A DNA stretch of 64,000 bases, taken from NCBI GenBank assembly GCA_963799845.1, contig CAWCYI010000004.1:1440001-1504000 (forward strand), given 5' to 3'. Within the stretch, counting starts at the first letter, position 1. Every line of letters begins with the position of its first letter. The notes below the pieces were generated by a model that did not search any database, had not been told where the DNA came from, and saw only the letters and a program-made list of their open reading frames with translations. Made by a program: the position numbers and the translations under genes. The DNA comes from an uncultured Nitrososphaerota archaeon. Lineage in GTDB: Archaea; Thermoproteota; Nitrososphaeria; Nitrososphaerales; CADDZS01. Positions 38,966 through 49,675 of the stretch are shown piece by piece.

Positions 38966-40073
38966 TTGCACTCCCGTAATGTCGACGTACTGATCATCGG
39001 CGGTGGAATCATAGGCCTTGCCATCGGCTACTATCTGTCAAAGAGGAACTTTGTCAGCGTCGAAATAATCGAGCGAGATTCCGAGCTCTCGATGCACGCC
39101 AGCGGTCACAACGCCGGCGGACTCGCGGGCGTTCACGAGTCGCAGCCCAGGGATCTCTGGCCGCTGTTCAGAAGCACTCAGGTGCTCTATCGGGAACTGG
39201 CTCAATCGAGCGGATTCAGCTTCGACTATGCAACCGGGGGCACGCTGTCTCCCGGAACGATTGAGGAAATGGACACACTCGAAACAGGGGCCCGTACTTT
39301 GGACGAGGCGGGAGCTCAGAGTGGAATTCCTCGACAGCGCGGATCTACAGAAGAGAGAACCGAATCTTTCAACAATTCGCTTCAACTGCGGCCTGTATTA
39401 TCCAGCGGACGCTCAGGGGAACTCTAAGAAATTGGGGCAGTGCTTTGCCAGAACCTGCCTGGAAAAGGGGATGGAAATCTCAACCGGTTCTGAAGTTATC
39501 AGCTTTGAAATTGACCGCGGAAAGGTTAGGGAAGTGAAAACTACTCGTGGAACAATTGTCCCCACCACCGTTATCGTTGCGGCGGGCCCCTGGTCGGGTC
39601 AGGTTTCTGCAAGACTCGGCCTGCATATCCCAGTCGAACCGGTGAAGGGGCACCTCATTTCAGTTGACTCGGGCGATCAGAAACTGGTAAATTCGTTCAT
39701 CGACGGCCCCAGATATTACGTGATGCAGAACGGTTCGAGCATCGTCGTGGGAGGAGGAGAGGATTCCGTCGGTTTTGACACTGCGGTCGATTCTGCAAGG
39801 ATCGTCGATGCGTGGAAGGAAGGAGTTTCGATGGTCCCGAAACTGGCTTCGATGAATCAGGAATCGAAGACGGCCTGCCTCCGCCCATTTGCTCCCGGTG
39901 GCCTGCCAATACTGGGAAAAAGCAAACGACTGGAAAACATAATTTTTGCGACCGGGCATTACAAGAACGGTTTCGGGCTAGCACCAATCACGGGGAAGTT
40001 GATATCGCAACTTGTGGTGGACGGCAAGACAGAAATCGATATCTCTCCATTCTCCCCAGATAGATTTAGCTGA
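38966..40073 (+). CDS. FAD-dependent oxidoreductase, glycine oxidase/DadA family (indel near 39313)
   Basis: IIGGGIIG, ASGHNAG / AAGPWS, PVKG, LRP, ATGHYKNGFGLAP. Confidence 0.88.
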
Positions 40074-40091
40074 AATAGTTTGCAAGAGAGA

Positions 40092-40577
40092 TTAGGCGTT
40101 CTGTCGGCGAATTATTTGCCGCACTGAATTCAAATCGGCAATCAGGAGATCTCTATCTTCCTTGTCCATGATGTCCTGTCCTAACTTTTCAGCCAGATTT
40201 AGATACTTCGAGGATTCTTTTTTCTTTCCAGCTATCGCGTAGGCCCTCGCAAGAGCTTCGTACGCGTAAGGCAAGTCGAAATCCTTCATCTCCCCTTTTT
40301 TCTGGTGCGCGAGGCACCTCTTCGCGTGATACAGCGCAGGCTCCAGCATTCCAATTACAGAATACACTCGGGAAATCTGCCACTCGCCGGTCGCAATGTT
40401 GTGCGCGTTCCCGACCCTGCCCCAGTGCCAGCGAGATGCGTGGGCGGTGTGCATCATCTCTTCATCTTCAGATCGGGTTCTCTTCTTTTTGATAAGGGTC
40501 CAAGTGTAATTAAACAGGGAGATAGCGAGCTTCCTTTCTAAATCAACGTTCAAATTCGGCGGTCTTCTGCGAGGCAT
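40092..40577 (-). CDS. Helical (TPR-like) hypothetical protein
   Basis: FNYTW, AHASRWHW, GEWQISRVY, YAYEALARAY. Confidence 0.75.
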   Translation of the reverse strand: MPRRRPPNLNVDLERKLAISLFNYTWTLIKKKRTRSEDEEMMHTAHASRWHWGRVGNAHNIATGEWQISRVYSVIGMLEPALYHAKRCLAHQKKGEMKDFDLPYAYEALARAYAIAGKKKESSKYLNLAEKLGQDIMDKEDRDLLIADLNSVRQIIRRQNA

Positions 40578-40594
40578 TCTCTGGTAAATGCGCT

Positions 40595-41596
40595 CTAGAT
40601 TTTCATCGGCGCGTGCCGCTTTACTGATTCAGCGCAGGCAAGACCGATTTCCACCGCCTTTCTGCCGTCCTCACCCGAGACCTTTGGAGACCTGTCGTGG
40701 ATCACGCAGTCGGCAAAATCCACAAGTTCATCGCGGTAGGCTTGAGCAAACCTCTCTTGGAAAGTCAGCGGGAGATCCTCCACGATCGAATCGCTCTTCA
40801 ATATCCTCGTGGAAGAGTTCTCTCCCATACCGACGAATGCGGCGCCTTTAGTTCCAAAAATCTCCGCCCTGACGTCGTATCCATAGACAGTCCACTGGCA
40901 CGAGTCCACGTGAGCTAGAGCTCCGTTGCTCAAGGTAAGTGTGACCAGAACGGTGTCCCATCCACCGAGCGGCTTGAAGTGATCGAAGACGATGTTAGCT
41001 GCTTCCGCATAGACTTCCGTGACTTCGGCCTTTGATAAAAACCGGATCGCGTCGAAATCGTGGCTGCTAGTATCCAGCCAGATGCCGCCGCTGAGTTTTG
41101 GATCAATCGACCACCCCTGAGGATTTGAGGGCGGGTCTCGCGTGCACGAGTTGATGATCATTATCTTGCCTAGATCGCCCACTGCCTTCTCGGCCCTGAC
41201 GAACGCGTGGTCAAATCGTCGCTGGTATCCGACCTGGAACTTGATTCCGGCTTTCTTTGCCTCGCCGATCATGTTGTCGCAATCATCCAGATTGAGCGCC
41301 ATCGGTTTTTCAACGAAGATGTGCTTCCCCTTTCTTGCGGTCGCGCGAACCATGTCACGCTTCAAGAAAGTCGGCGCCGCGATTGCGACCGCTTCCACGT
41401 TTTTGTTGTCGAGCATCTCGTTGTAATCGGCGTAGACGTTCTCGACTCCCAGTTTCTCCGCCACTTCTTTTGCAGCGGCAACAAAAGAATCAGCAATCGC
41501 AACGAGCGAAGCGTTCGGAATGTGCTTTGCAAGGTGCTCGGCGTGAAGCCTCCCGATAGCTCCGACTCCGATGATACCAAATCCCAATTTTCTCAA
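40595..41596 (-). CDS. iolG: Gfo/Idh/MocA oxidoreductase, inositol 2-dehydrogenase-like
   Basis: GVGAIG, EKP, GYQRRFD, RDP, DTSSHDFD, YGYDVRAE. Confidence 0.8.
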   Translation of the reverse strand: MRKLGFGIIGVGAIGRLHAEHLAKHIPNASLVAIADSFVAAAKEVAEKLGVENVYADYNEMLDNKNVEAVAIAAPTFLKRDMVRATARKGKHIFVEKPMALNLDDCDNMIGEAKKAGIKFQVGYQRRFDHAFVRAEKAVGDLGKIMIINSCTRDPPSNPQGWSIDPKLSGGIWLDTSSHDFDAIRFLSKAEVTEVYAEAANIVFDHFKPLGGWDTVLVTLTLSNGALAHVDSCQWTVYGYDVRAEIFGTKGAAFVGMGENSSTRILKSDSIVEDLPLTFQERFAQAYRDELVDFADCVIHDRSPKVSGEDGRKAVEIGLACAESVKRHAPMKI

Positions 41597-41700
41597 ATTT
41601 GCTCAAATGCTCCGATTTAGATCTCAAGCGAATTGAAGTTCAGTTTTAAGGCTTTTTCCCGGAGAAATCCATACGTCAGGATCAAAATGTTATTAGTGAC

Positions 41701-41718
41701 AATTGCCAATTGACAATT
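41701..41718. promoter_or_regulatory. Candidate antitoxin operator AATTGCCAATTGACAATT
   Basis: 16/18 self-complementary, at the start of the antitoxin gene. Confidence 0.45.
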
Positions 41719-41949
41719 ATGAGTGAAGAATCGACCAGCATCACTCTCCGGAAGAGCACAAAGTCACATCTCCAGTCGCTGAAGGGTAAAAAAAATTGGA
41801 GCACGTTCCTCGAGGAGGTCTATATGGAAAAAAAGAACAAGAGAGATAAGAACTCCATGGCCAAATTGAGAGAGCTTCTGAGCGACGATGATCTCGACAA
41901 AATAGCAACTTCATCGAAAAAGTTCAGGAAGGAGTTCAGGCTCGCTTGA
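41710..41949 (+). CDS. vapB: VapB-like antitoxin
   Basis: TSITL..L.SLKG..W..FL, C-terminal FRKEFRL; overlaps the PIN gene. Confidence 0.78.
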   Translation: MTIMSEESTSITLRKSTKSHLQSLKGKKNWSTFLEEVYMEKKNKRDKNSMAKLRELLSDDDLDKIATSSKKFRKEFRLA

Positions 41950-42302
41950 TGTATGACACTTCCGCGCTGATTCAGCGGATAAGGAAGGGTGCAGACTACG
42001 GAGAGGGTTCCATATCGGTGATTACTCTGATTGAAATATTGCGGGGAATTGAGGACGAGGAAAAGCGGGAGAAGACTATGAGCCTCTTGGAAGAAAGCTT
42101 TGAGATACTTGATGTGAACAGGTCTGTAGGTCTTTCCTACGTCAAGCTGTGCTTTGAATTGAAGAAAAAAAGGACGCCAGCTTCAGTAGCGGATCAACTG
42201 ATAGCCGCGACAGCTCTTGCAAATGATCAGGTATTACTCACGTCCGATAGGGCGTTTTTGATGTTTCAGCCCTCAGTGAAAGTGAAATTACTGACTCCAT
42301 GA
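41946..42302 (+). CDS. vapC: PIN-domain toxin
   Basis: YDTSALI, ITLIE, DQLIAATA, LTSD. Confidence 0.9.
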   Translation: MMYDTSALIQRIRKGADYGEGSISVITLIEILRGIEDEEKREKTMSLLEESFEILDVNRSVGLSYVKLCFELKKKRTPASVADQLIAATALANDQVLLTSDRAFLMFQPSVKVKLLTP

Positions 42303-42339
42303 TGGAGCTGGAAAGAGCTTTGTAACAGGCGAAGGCTAT

Positions 42340-42539
42340 GGAACGAGCTGTTTCAATTGAATAGAGCTTGAAACGAGCTAGACACGATCTGCGGAGTACA
42401 CGTACACGGTTACAGAACTCCCCTAGGGGCCCCCTCTGTGTATAACAGCTTGAAACGAGCTCTTCTGTGAAAAAGTACGCGCGGTTGCGAAACGGCAGAA
42501 TTTTTTTCTTTAAGAATCAATTCGAACTAGGTATATGAA
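42340..42539 (-). repeat. Interspersed AGCT-hairpin element, copy 3 (inverted, two 30-bp units fewer)
   Basis: Reverse complement TTCATATACCTAGTT..TTGATTCTTA..TTCTG..GAAGAGCTCGTTTCAAGCTGTTA..AGAGGGGGCCCCTAGGG..GTACTC.GCAGAT..AGCTCGTTTCAA matches 13439-13680. Confidence 0.88.
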
Positions 42540-42636
42540 GAACGAGTGGGTCTGGCTGTTTCTCGAGCCGACTTTGAACGAGCCGGTGCCTCAGATCATA
42601 AATACTGGAGGGAAGATCTGTGAAATCAAAGGATAG

Positions 42637-44127
42637 TTGGATTTGACTCAAGCTTCCATCGCGACTACAAAGAAACCATTTGCTCTGAAAATTTTGATTA
42701 ACGGTGAATGGAAGGAAAGCAACTCTGGAGAGTATCATCAGTCATACAACCCATCAAGCGGCGAGGTCATCGCGCATGTCCCGTACGTTTCGAAGGAGGA
42801 AGTGCACGAAGCCGCTACGGCAGCCCAGCAGGCTTTTCCAAAGTGGAGCAACCTTCCGATAACCGAGCGGGTAAAATATCTGTTCAGAATGAAGGAGGCG
42901 TTCGACCGCCACTACGAGGAGCTAGCGCAGATCAACTCGGAGAACCACGGCAAGACTATCGTCGAGAGCCGCGGAGACGTGAGGAGGGCAATCGACAACA
43001 TCGAGTCTGCGATTTCTGTAGCCTATACCCTCTCAAAGGGCCAGACGCAGGACCAGATCGCGACCGACATTGACGAGACCGTTGTGAAGGAACCGCTGGG
43101 AGTTTTCGGGATAATATGCCCGTTCAATTTTCCGCTCATGATTCCGTTCTGGTTCATCCCGTATGCCATCGTTCTTGGTGACACCCTCGTTGTGAAGCCG
43201 AGCGAAATTACGCCGGTCCCGATGGACACTGCTGCAAAAATTATCCAGGATGAGGTCAAGTTTCCGTCCGGCGTCCTAAATATCATCCACGGCGGTAGAG
43301 AGACCTCCGAGGCCCTGATTTCGCACGAAGACGTCCAGGGAGTCGCCTTTGTCGGCTCGACGCCGGTTGCAAAGCAGGTCTACAAACTGGCCGGAGAGCA
43401 CGGCAAAAGATCCCTGGTCAACGGCGGAGCAAAGAACCCAATCGTCGTGATGCCTGACGCTGATCTAAACTCGACCGTACCTGCTGTAGTTTCTTCGTTT
43501 TTTGGAAACGCGGGGCAGAGATGCCTTGCGGGAGCAAACCTGGTAACGGTCGGGGACGTGCACGATAAAGTTCTGTCAAAATTCAAGAGCGCCTCTTCCG
43601 GGCTCAGGATAGGCTACGCTCTGGATGAAACGACCGACATGGGGCCGGTAGTGTCTAGAAGTGCGAAGGAGCGAATACTTGCGAACATCGAGCAGGGAGT
43701 CGAGGATGGTGCAAAGCCGGTCGTGGATGGGCGGAGCGTCACGATCGCGGAATACCCTGACGGGTACTACCTTGGGCCAACGATATTCGACGATGTCACA
43801 TCCGACATGCGGCTATCGAGGAACGAGATCTTCGGACCGGTAGCGAGCACCGTCTCCCAGAAGACTCTGGACGACGCGATCGAATTCATCAACGGAAACA
43901 CGAAATTCGGGAATATGGCGAGCATATTCACAACGAGTGGAAAGGCTGCGAGAGAGTTCAGGCGCAGAGTGAACGCGGGAAATATCGGGATAAACATCGG
44001 TGTCGCTTCGCCGGCGGGAAACTTTCCATTTGGTGGGCGGAAAGAATCGTTCTACGGCATACTCCACGCGCAAATCGACACCGTCGAGTTTTTCACCGAC
44101 AAGAAAGTCATCATATCCCACTGGTAA
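42637..44127 (+). CDS. mmsA: CoA-acylating methylmalonate/malonate-semialdehyde dehydrogenase
   Basis: PFNFP, KPSE, FVGST, GGAKN, AGQRCLA, EIFGP. Confidence 0.9.
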   Translation: MDLTQASIATTKKPFALKILINGEWKESNSGEYHQSYNPSSGEVIAHVPYVSKEEVHEAATAAQQAFPKWSNLPITERVKYLFRMKEAFDRHYEELAQINSENHGKTIVESRGDVRRAIDNIESAISVAYTLSKGQTQDQIATDIDETVVKEPLGVFGIICPFNFPLMIPFWFIPYAIVLGDTLVVKPSEITPVPMDTAAKIIQDEVKFPSGVLNIIHGGRETSEALISHEDVQGVAFVGSTPVAKQVYKLAGEHGKRSLVNGGAKNPIVVMPDADLNSTVPAVVSSFFGNAGQRCLAGANLVTVGDVHDKVLSKFKSASSGLRIGYALDETTDMGPVVSRSAKERILANIEQGVEDGAKPVVDGRSVTIAEYPDGYYLGPTIFDDVTSDMRLSRNEIFGPVASTVSQKTLDDAIEFINGNTKFGNMASIFTTSGKAAREFRRRVNAGNIGINIGVASPAGNFPFGGRKESFYGILHAQIDTVEFFTDKKVIISHW

Positions 44128-44215
44128 TGGAAAGCTTATCTGCCGTCCCCCAGTGCCGTGGGTGACATATGCCCAAGAAAGTAATCGAAGGTAGCTGAGA
44201 GTCAAGATCGACATT

Positions 44216-45032
44216 CTAAATCTTGATTTGCTCGAGCACCTTCGAGCCGAAATTTGTGAAACCGGTCTGGTAGCATATCCCATAGATTGGTTCAATAAGG
44301 CCTATCTTTTCAAGCTCTTCATTTGTCGATCTGCCTCAGCTCAACTTTGCCTTCCCCATACCAGATTTCTTCTCCGAGCTTGGCGTTACCCTTCTGGATT
44401 TCCACAAGCTCATTAACGGAATTCTGTCCGGAAGAGTTCGCCGGAAAGTATCGCCATCCATAAACCGATGGCGGAGAAATGATATCCTTGGAAGTGCCCT
44501 TCCGTTTGATCTCAAGGCTCACGGAAAGAAGCCTAGAACCGTGCCTTGCGCAGTATCCGGAAAGCTTGACACCCGGACCGTAATACGGGACCTTGGGAAC
44601 ATATCTGTGCAGTCTAGTAAGCTGGATATCATCGGCGAGTTTCTTCGAATAACCAAGAGCCCATCCGCGAACGAGAGACCAATCGCGATCGACCCACATG
44701 AAAGGATAGTATATTCCGGGGTTGCCTCTGTAACTGCATCTTATCCCCAATGCCGCTTCGCGGTACGTCGCTTGGGCCGGATCGTTGTAGGGAGCTTCCA
44801 TGTCATTCTCGCTAACGGTGCAAACGAAATCACTAACATAGGCGACGGCAGATCCATCGGACACCTTCAGCTGATCCGGAAGGAAATACTGTAGTTTTTC
44901 AGGGTCGGACTTGAAATAAACGGTGATGTAATCTGCTCCGTAGTAATAGGGCGGAGCTTGAACGACAGATGAACTTCCCGATGGTGTTAAGAAATGAAAA
45001 TATGGCTTCATGATGATTGTGACGGCCTTCAA
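44216..45032 (-). CDS. Acetoacetate decarboxylase family protein (indel near 44338)
   Basis: PPYYY, YREA, MWVDRD..RGW..GYSKK; alternate frame continues GRSTNEELE..GFTNFGSKVLEQIKI* to 44216. Confidence 0.82.
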
Positions 45033-45177
45033 GAGTTAATATTGATTCCCCGGCTTTCATGACAATTCTCAGCTAGTTTGACAATACCAATCTTATGATC
45101 GTGCAATTCAAGAAATTTTCATACCTTGCTTCCGTTCTGACAAACAATAAATTACTTAACCTGCAAAAGGTCCATCC

Positions 45178-45716
45178 ATGCTCGAACTGGGAAAGCAGGC
45201 TCCAAATTTCGAAAGTCTAAAAGCTGACAGACGGAAAGGAGTATTCTTTAAGCTCATTTGAGAAAAATCCCGTTCTCATAGTTATTTTCTCGTGCAATCA
45301 TTGCCCGTACGTCGTAGCGTACGAGGACAGGATGGTTACTATCCAGAAGGACTATGCCTCGAAGGGGGTGCAGCTGAATTGCGATCAACTCGAACGACGA
45401 AAAGGCCTACCCCGAGGACAGTTTTCCCAGCATGGTGAAGAGGGCAAAGGACAAGCACTTTAATTTCGTGTACGCCCGCGACCCCGACCAGAGTGTAGTC
45501 GACGCCTACGGAGCAGTTTGTACTCCACACGTCTTCGCGTTCGACAAGGACAGAAAACTTGCGTACAGGGGCAGGATTGATGACTCCAAAGAACAATCAA
45601 AGGTAAAATCCAACGATTTGCGAAACGCAGTGAACGATCTGCTTTCGGGAAAAAAGGTCAGCGTTCCCGACACGAGACCCTTTGGCTGCAGCATAAAACT
45701 GATCAGCGCTCTGTAA
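45178..45716 (+). CDS. Thioredoxin/AhpC-TSA family protein (indels near 45222 and 45372)
   Basis: MLELGKQAPNF / TDGKEYSL..FSCNHCPYV / IAINSND..YPEDSF..CTPH..YRGRIDD..GCSIK. Confidence 0.85.
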
Positions 45717-45773
45717 TTTCTGATACCAAACTGTCATATCTACTTCAGTTCGCTGCGAGTTTCGCTGAGCAAA

Positions 45774-46811
45774 ATGAGATTAGGCGCAGTCATCGACGAT
45801 ATTTCCCCTACGGATTCTCTCCAGAGAGGAGTTAGAGCAGAGCGTCTGGGCTTTGATTCTCTGTGGTTCTCGGATCACCTGATGGATACAGGAGGAATCA
45901 GAATCGATCCGTGGACGACGATGGGAGCGATATCTGCGAGTACAACAAAAATTGAAATGTGCTGCGCGGTCAGCGATGTCCAGCGAGTTCATCCCGCGAA
46001 ACTGGCGCACATGGTCGCAACGCTCTCTGACCTCAGCAAGGGGAGAACGCTTCTCGGTGTTGGCGCGGGAGAGGCGATGAACCTCGTACCTTTTGGCATC
46101 GAGTTTGGAGCTCCCAAGGAACGCGTCGAGCGACTGGGGGAAGCGATTCAGGTTGCAAAGCTGCTCTGGTCCTCAAGCTCAAGGAACCCGATCTCATTCC
46201 AGGGGAGATTTTTTTCGCTGAAGGATGCATGGCTCGACATTCCGATTCGCACTGGGATACCGAAAGTAATTGTGGGAGCACTGGGAGGCCGACGCGCGCT
46301 TGAGGTTGCCGGCAAATATGGGGATGGATGGGTATCGTGGCTAAACAGCCCGGAGACATTCAGCAAGAAACTTGAGATTGCCAAATCCTCGGCGAGGGCG
46401 GCTGGAAAATCACTCGATGATTTCAGAGCGTGCATCTGGGTCTATACCATCCTGACATCTGACGAAGCCGAGATAAGGAAGGCTCTGAATCGCGCAAAGC
46501 GCGGATTGCTCGCAGAAGGCCAGACACTCAAGATGATGGGCTTTGATCGCCCCCAAGGGCTGGGAAAAACTTACCAGAACATGCTGCTTTCGGAAGAGGG
46601 AGCGAAAAAGATTCCATCAGTTCAAGATAGCGTTCCAGATGACATCGTTCTCGAGATCGTCGCTGCTGGTAGTTCATCCAAGATTATCGAGAGGATCGAA
46701 GAGTTCAGCAAGGCCGGAGCTACGGACGCACTGATACACTTTGTCGGCGACGATCAGAATCAGATGGAAGATTTTTCAAGGGAAATTCTGGATTATTTCA
46801 ATTCGAAATAA
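45774..46811 (+). CDS. Luciferase-like (LLM) flavin/F420-dependent oxidoreductase
   Basis: GFDSLWFSDH, HPAKLA, SKGR..LGVGAGE, YGDGW. Confidence 0.9.
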   Translation: MRLGAVIDDISPTDSLQRGVRAERLGFDSLWFSDHLMDTGGIRIDPWTTMGAISASTTKIEMCCAVSDVQRVHPAKLAHMVATLSDLSKGRTLLGVGAGEAMNLVPFGIEFGAPKERVERLGEAIQVAKLLWSSSSRNPISFQGRFFSLKDAWLDIPIRTGIPKVIVGALGGRRALEVAGKYGDGWVSWLNSPETFSKKLEIAKSSARAAGKSLDDFRACIWVYTILTSDEAEIRKALNRAKRGLLAEGQTLKMMGFDRPQGLGKTYQNMLLSEEGAKKIPSVQDSVPDDIVLEIVAAGSSSKIIERIEEFSKAGATDALIHFVGDDQNQMEDFSREILDYFNSK

Positions 46812-47245
46812 TTCCCTGAACTCCCAGAATCAATGACCGTGTCAGTGTAGTTGTCGGTACCTAAGGCTCAAGATTATGAGCATGCCTTAAATGGAATAGG
46901 TACTTTTTCTCATCTATTGCTTCGAGATGTTCAGTTCTCATAGAGTTTTGCACAAACTCACAGAACGTGCACGAATAAATCTCATATCTGACTTCTCTCG
47001 TAAAATCTTGTTTTGTTGACACGATTATTTTCTTGCTCCAGCGTTAAACCGATGAAGATACCAATCAAAAGCCCTCAATGTAAGCAAATTCGCTGAAAGT
47101 CGGTAATGAAGGTTCTCCGTCTTTGGGAAAAATTACTAACGCGCACCGATATGGTATCTTTGATCAGGTTCTATTGCATGGTCATTTTCAGTGATTTCTT
47201 CATGCAACCATAACTATAGAGACCGTTGCTCGGAGGAGCGGCTTT

Positions 47246-49519
47246 CTAGTACAGAGTTGCAAAGTACCCAGGCCCCACACCACCGGGGCCGGCAGGGTTT
47301 ATCGACGGATTGTAGTAAAAGCCGTGGACGTTTGAAGTCAACGTCACGAAATTGATCGTGTTGAACGTCCACAGGTACATCACCATGCTGTTTGCGAGTT
47401 GATTCATCTGATTACTGATCTCGATCAGACCCGTCGTATTCCCAGCCGAATTAGCCGAGACCGCCTCCTGGAAGAGAACGCTCATCTGGGTAACATTCCA
47501 ACCGTCGGGATTGGTGTACGACTGACCCGGAGCGAACATCGGGCCCAGGAAATCCAGTACCCACGGGTAATCTTGCTCGTAACCTAGCGAGTACATGTAA
47601 AAGTACGTGGGGGTCGTAAAAGCCTCAGTTGTTAACTCGCCCAGCGGTATCGGCACGACATCGACAGTCAGTCCCATGTTGTACGTCGAGCTGATGTTGT
47701 TGATTGTCGTTGCGATTTGCTCGAATATTGACTGATCGACGGTGTCACCAGTCTGGAAATACAGAGAGATCGATTGCCCAACTGGATGAGCGCACTGACT
47801 GTTAGCACCTAGAGTCGGACATCCGAATGTGTTGTTGAATAATCCCTGCGGTGCCGAAGTTCCATTTGTGAACGTGAACTTTGTGAGCGGACTGGACATC
47901 GCCTGGAGCAGAAGCTGAGCCGCCATGTCTGGGTTGAAGCTGTACGCGGGCGTGATTGAAGAGTTGAATGCCCCGGCTGGTGGGATACCCGGTGGAACGA
48001 CGTTGAGTGCCACGGGAGCGAGCTTGTTTCCTTCACTGATCCCGATATCAGTCATGTTTACCGAGTCGGCAAAAGCTAATCTGAAGCGCAGGTCGGCAAA
48101 CGGCTGGAAGATATAGAACGCTCCGGTCTGCGAGTTCGTTACGTTGGTTGCGAACGGATCGAACAGAGTGCCGTAAAAATCGTACGGCCCGTAGATCGAC
48201 ACGCCTGAGATGATGGAAGTAAGCGTGTTGGAATTCAGCCAGGAGTTTCGATCAGCTACGTCGTAAAGATTGGAATCTGCCACGTCAATCGCCATCGCTC
48301 CTCCTGACGAGGCTGCATTCTTGAGATCTATCTCTCTCGTCGTCTGACTGGGAACGTACTTGAACTCAACAGTGGATATTCTGGGAGTGATTCGCGATCC
48401 GCCATCAAACTGGAACGGGCCACCCCAGTAGTTAGGATTACTTTCCATTACCACGTTGTTGGAAGACTGGCTGAAGCTCTGGAGGATGTACGGACCCGTG
48501 CCCGCGAGCGACCCCTGATACGAGGTATCAAGATAAGTTGCACCACACCCCGACGGAGTTGGGCCGGAGTTGCAGGTGGCGGAAAGATCTTGGAAGTACT
48601 CGTTTATTTGCTGAGTAAGATTGCCGCTCAGAGAAGGAAACGGCAGGGTGTATCCGGAACCGGAAGCATTCCAGAGCGCGAGGTCATGCTGCATAGTCCA
48701 TTCAGGCGCCATTATGCCGCCCCAAACTCCTGCAAGGATGTAGGGAAATGCCACGCTCGGATTGCTCGCGTGCAATGAAAATGTTAAGGGCCCCGTTACC
48801 TGGACAAAATTTTCTCCGAGCACGTCATCAACGTAACTCGATCCATAGGTCTGCGGACAGCAGAGGACGCTGCTCAGGCTCGTATTGAGCACCTGCTGGA
48901 AAAGCCACGATGCCTGCGTGGCATGGCTGGTCGGGGTGCTCGAATCCTCGAGAAGTACTCGATTCAACGAGAAATAAACTGCCGTCGAATTTAGAGGAGT
49001 TCCATCCTGGAAAGTAATGTTGCTTCTCAGAGTAAAGTTGTACTCGGAAAGATCTGGAGATACGGTATAACTCTGAGCAAGCCAGGGTATCACGCAGGTT
49101 GAACAGCTGCCGTTGAAAAATACTAGATTCTCGTAGACGTTTTGCAAAATATTTAGGTCGTACTCGGAAAATGCTATGCTGGGGTCGAGAAACGCGGGGG
49201 TCTCGGCAACCTCGTAAGTAAATGTGCTTGGAATTTCGGATGAGCTGGTGGATATTGTTGATGATGTTGTAGAAAGGGATGATGAAGTTGTGAGGGATGT
49301 AGTCGGTGAAGAGGTGGAGGACGACGTGGATTGGCTGCTCGATGTAAAAGAACTTGTCAGAGGAGATACGGTAGAGCTCTGCGAAGTGGAACTCGTTGAT
49401 GTCGACGTACTTTTTTGCTGGTTTGCAAGCGCCAGATAGCCCGCAGCTCCGGCGGCAATTACAATGATAATTACGACCAGGATTGCGAGACTCTTAGAAA
49501 TCGCTCGATGACTATTCAC
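47246..49519 (-). CDS. ABC transporter substrate-binding protein, family 5, with Ser/Thr-rich linker
   Basis: N-terminal TM, S/T tract, LDP..NVYENL..PWLAQSY, GTGPY, NPNYWG. Confidence 0.88.
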   Translation of the reverse strand: MNSHRAISKSLAILVVIIIVIAAGAAGYLALANQQKSTSTSTSSTSQSSTVSPLTSSFTSSSQSTSSSTSSPTTSLTTSSSLSTTSSTISTSSSEIPSTFTYEVAETPAFLDPSIAFSEYDLNILQNVYENLVFFNGSCSTCVIPWLAQSYTVSPDLSEYNFTLRSNITFQDGTPLNSTAVYFSLNRVLLEDSSTPTSHATQASWLFQQVLNTSLSSVLCCPQTYGSSYVDDVLGENFVQVTGPLTFSLHASNPSVAFPYILAGVWGGIMAPEWTMQHDLALWNASGSGYTLPFPSLSGNLTQQINEYFQDLSATCNSGPTPSGCGATYLDTSYQGSLAGTGPYILQSFSQSSNNVVMESNPNYWGGPFQFDGGSRITPRISTVEFKYVPSQTTREIDLKNAASSGGAMAIDVADSNLYDVADRNSWLNSNTLTSIISGVSIYGPYDFYGTLFDPFATNVTNSQTGAFYIFQPFADLRFRLAFADSVNMTDIGISEGNKLAPVALNVVPPGIPPAGAFNSSITPAYSFNPDMAAQLLLQAMSSPLTKFTFTNGTSAPQGLFNNTFGCPTLGANSQCAHPVGQSISLYFQTGDTVDQSIFEQIATTINNISSTYNMGLTVDVVPIPLGELTTEAFTTPTYFYMYSLGYEQDYPWVLDFLGPMFAPGQSYTNPDGWNVTQMSVLFQEAVSANSAGNTTGLIEISNQMNQLANSMVMYLWTFNTINFVTLTSNVHGFYYNPSINPAGPGGVGPGYFATLY

Positions 49520-49675
49520 GGCTTTCTGAATCCGAGCAGAACAACTAAAATTTAAGCCTTGAACGGCACGTTATAGCTGGAGTCTCCATCTGTCGGCATT
49601 CCATTGCTCATCTAAAGAGATGTATGAGGAGGAAAGAAGGCTCATCTCAGGCTGCAGCTCAAGTTGCGCCCAAGT

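Noticed and set aside
49224-49410. Low-complexity tracts here and at 60455-60655
   Set aside because: They encode the Ser/Thr linkers of the binding proteins and are not independent repeats.
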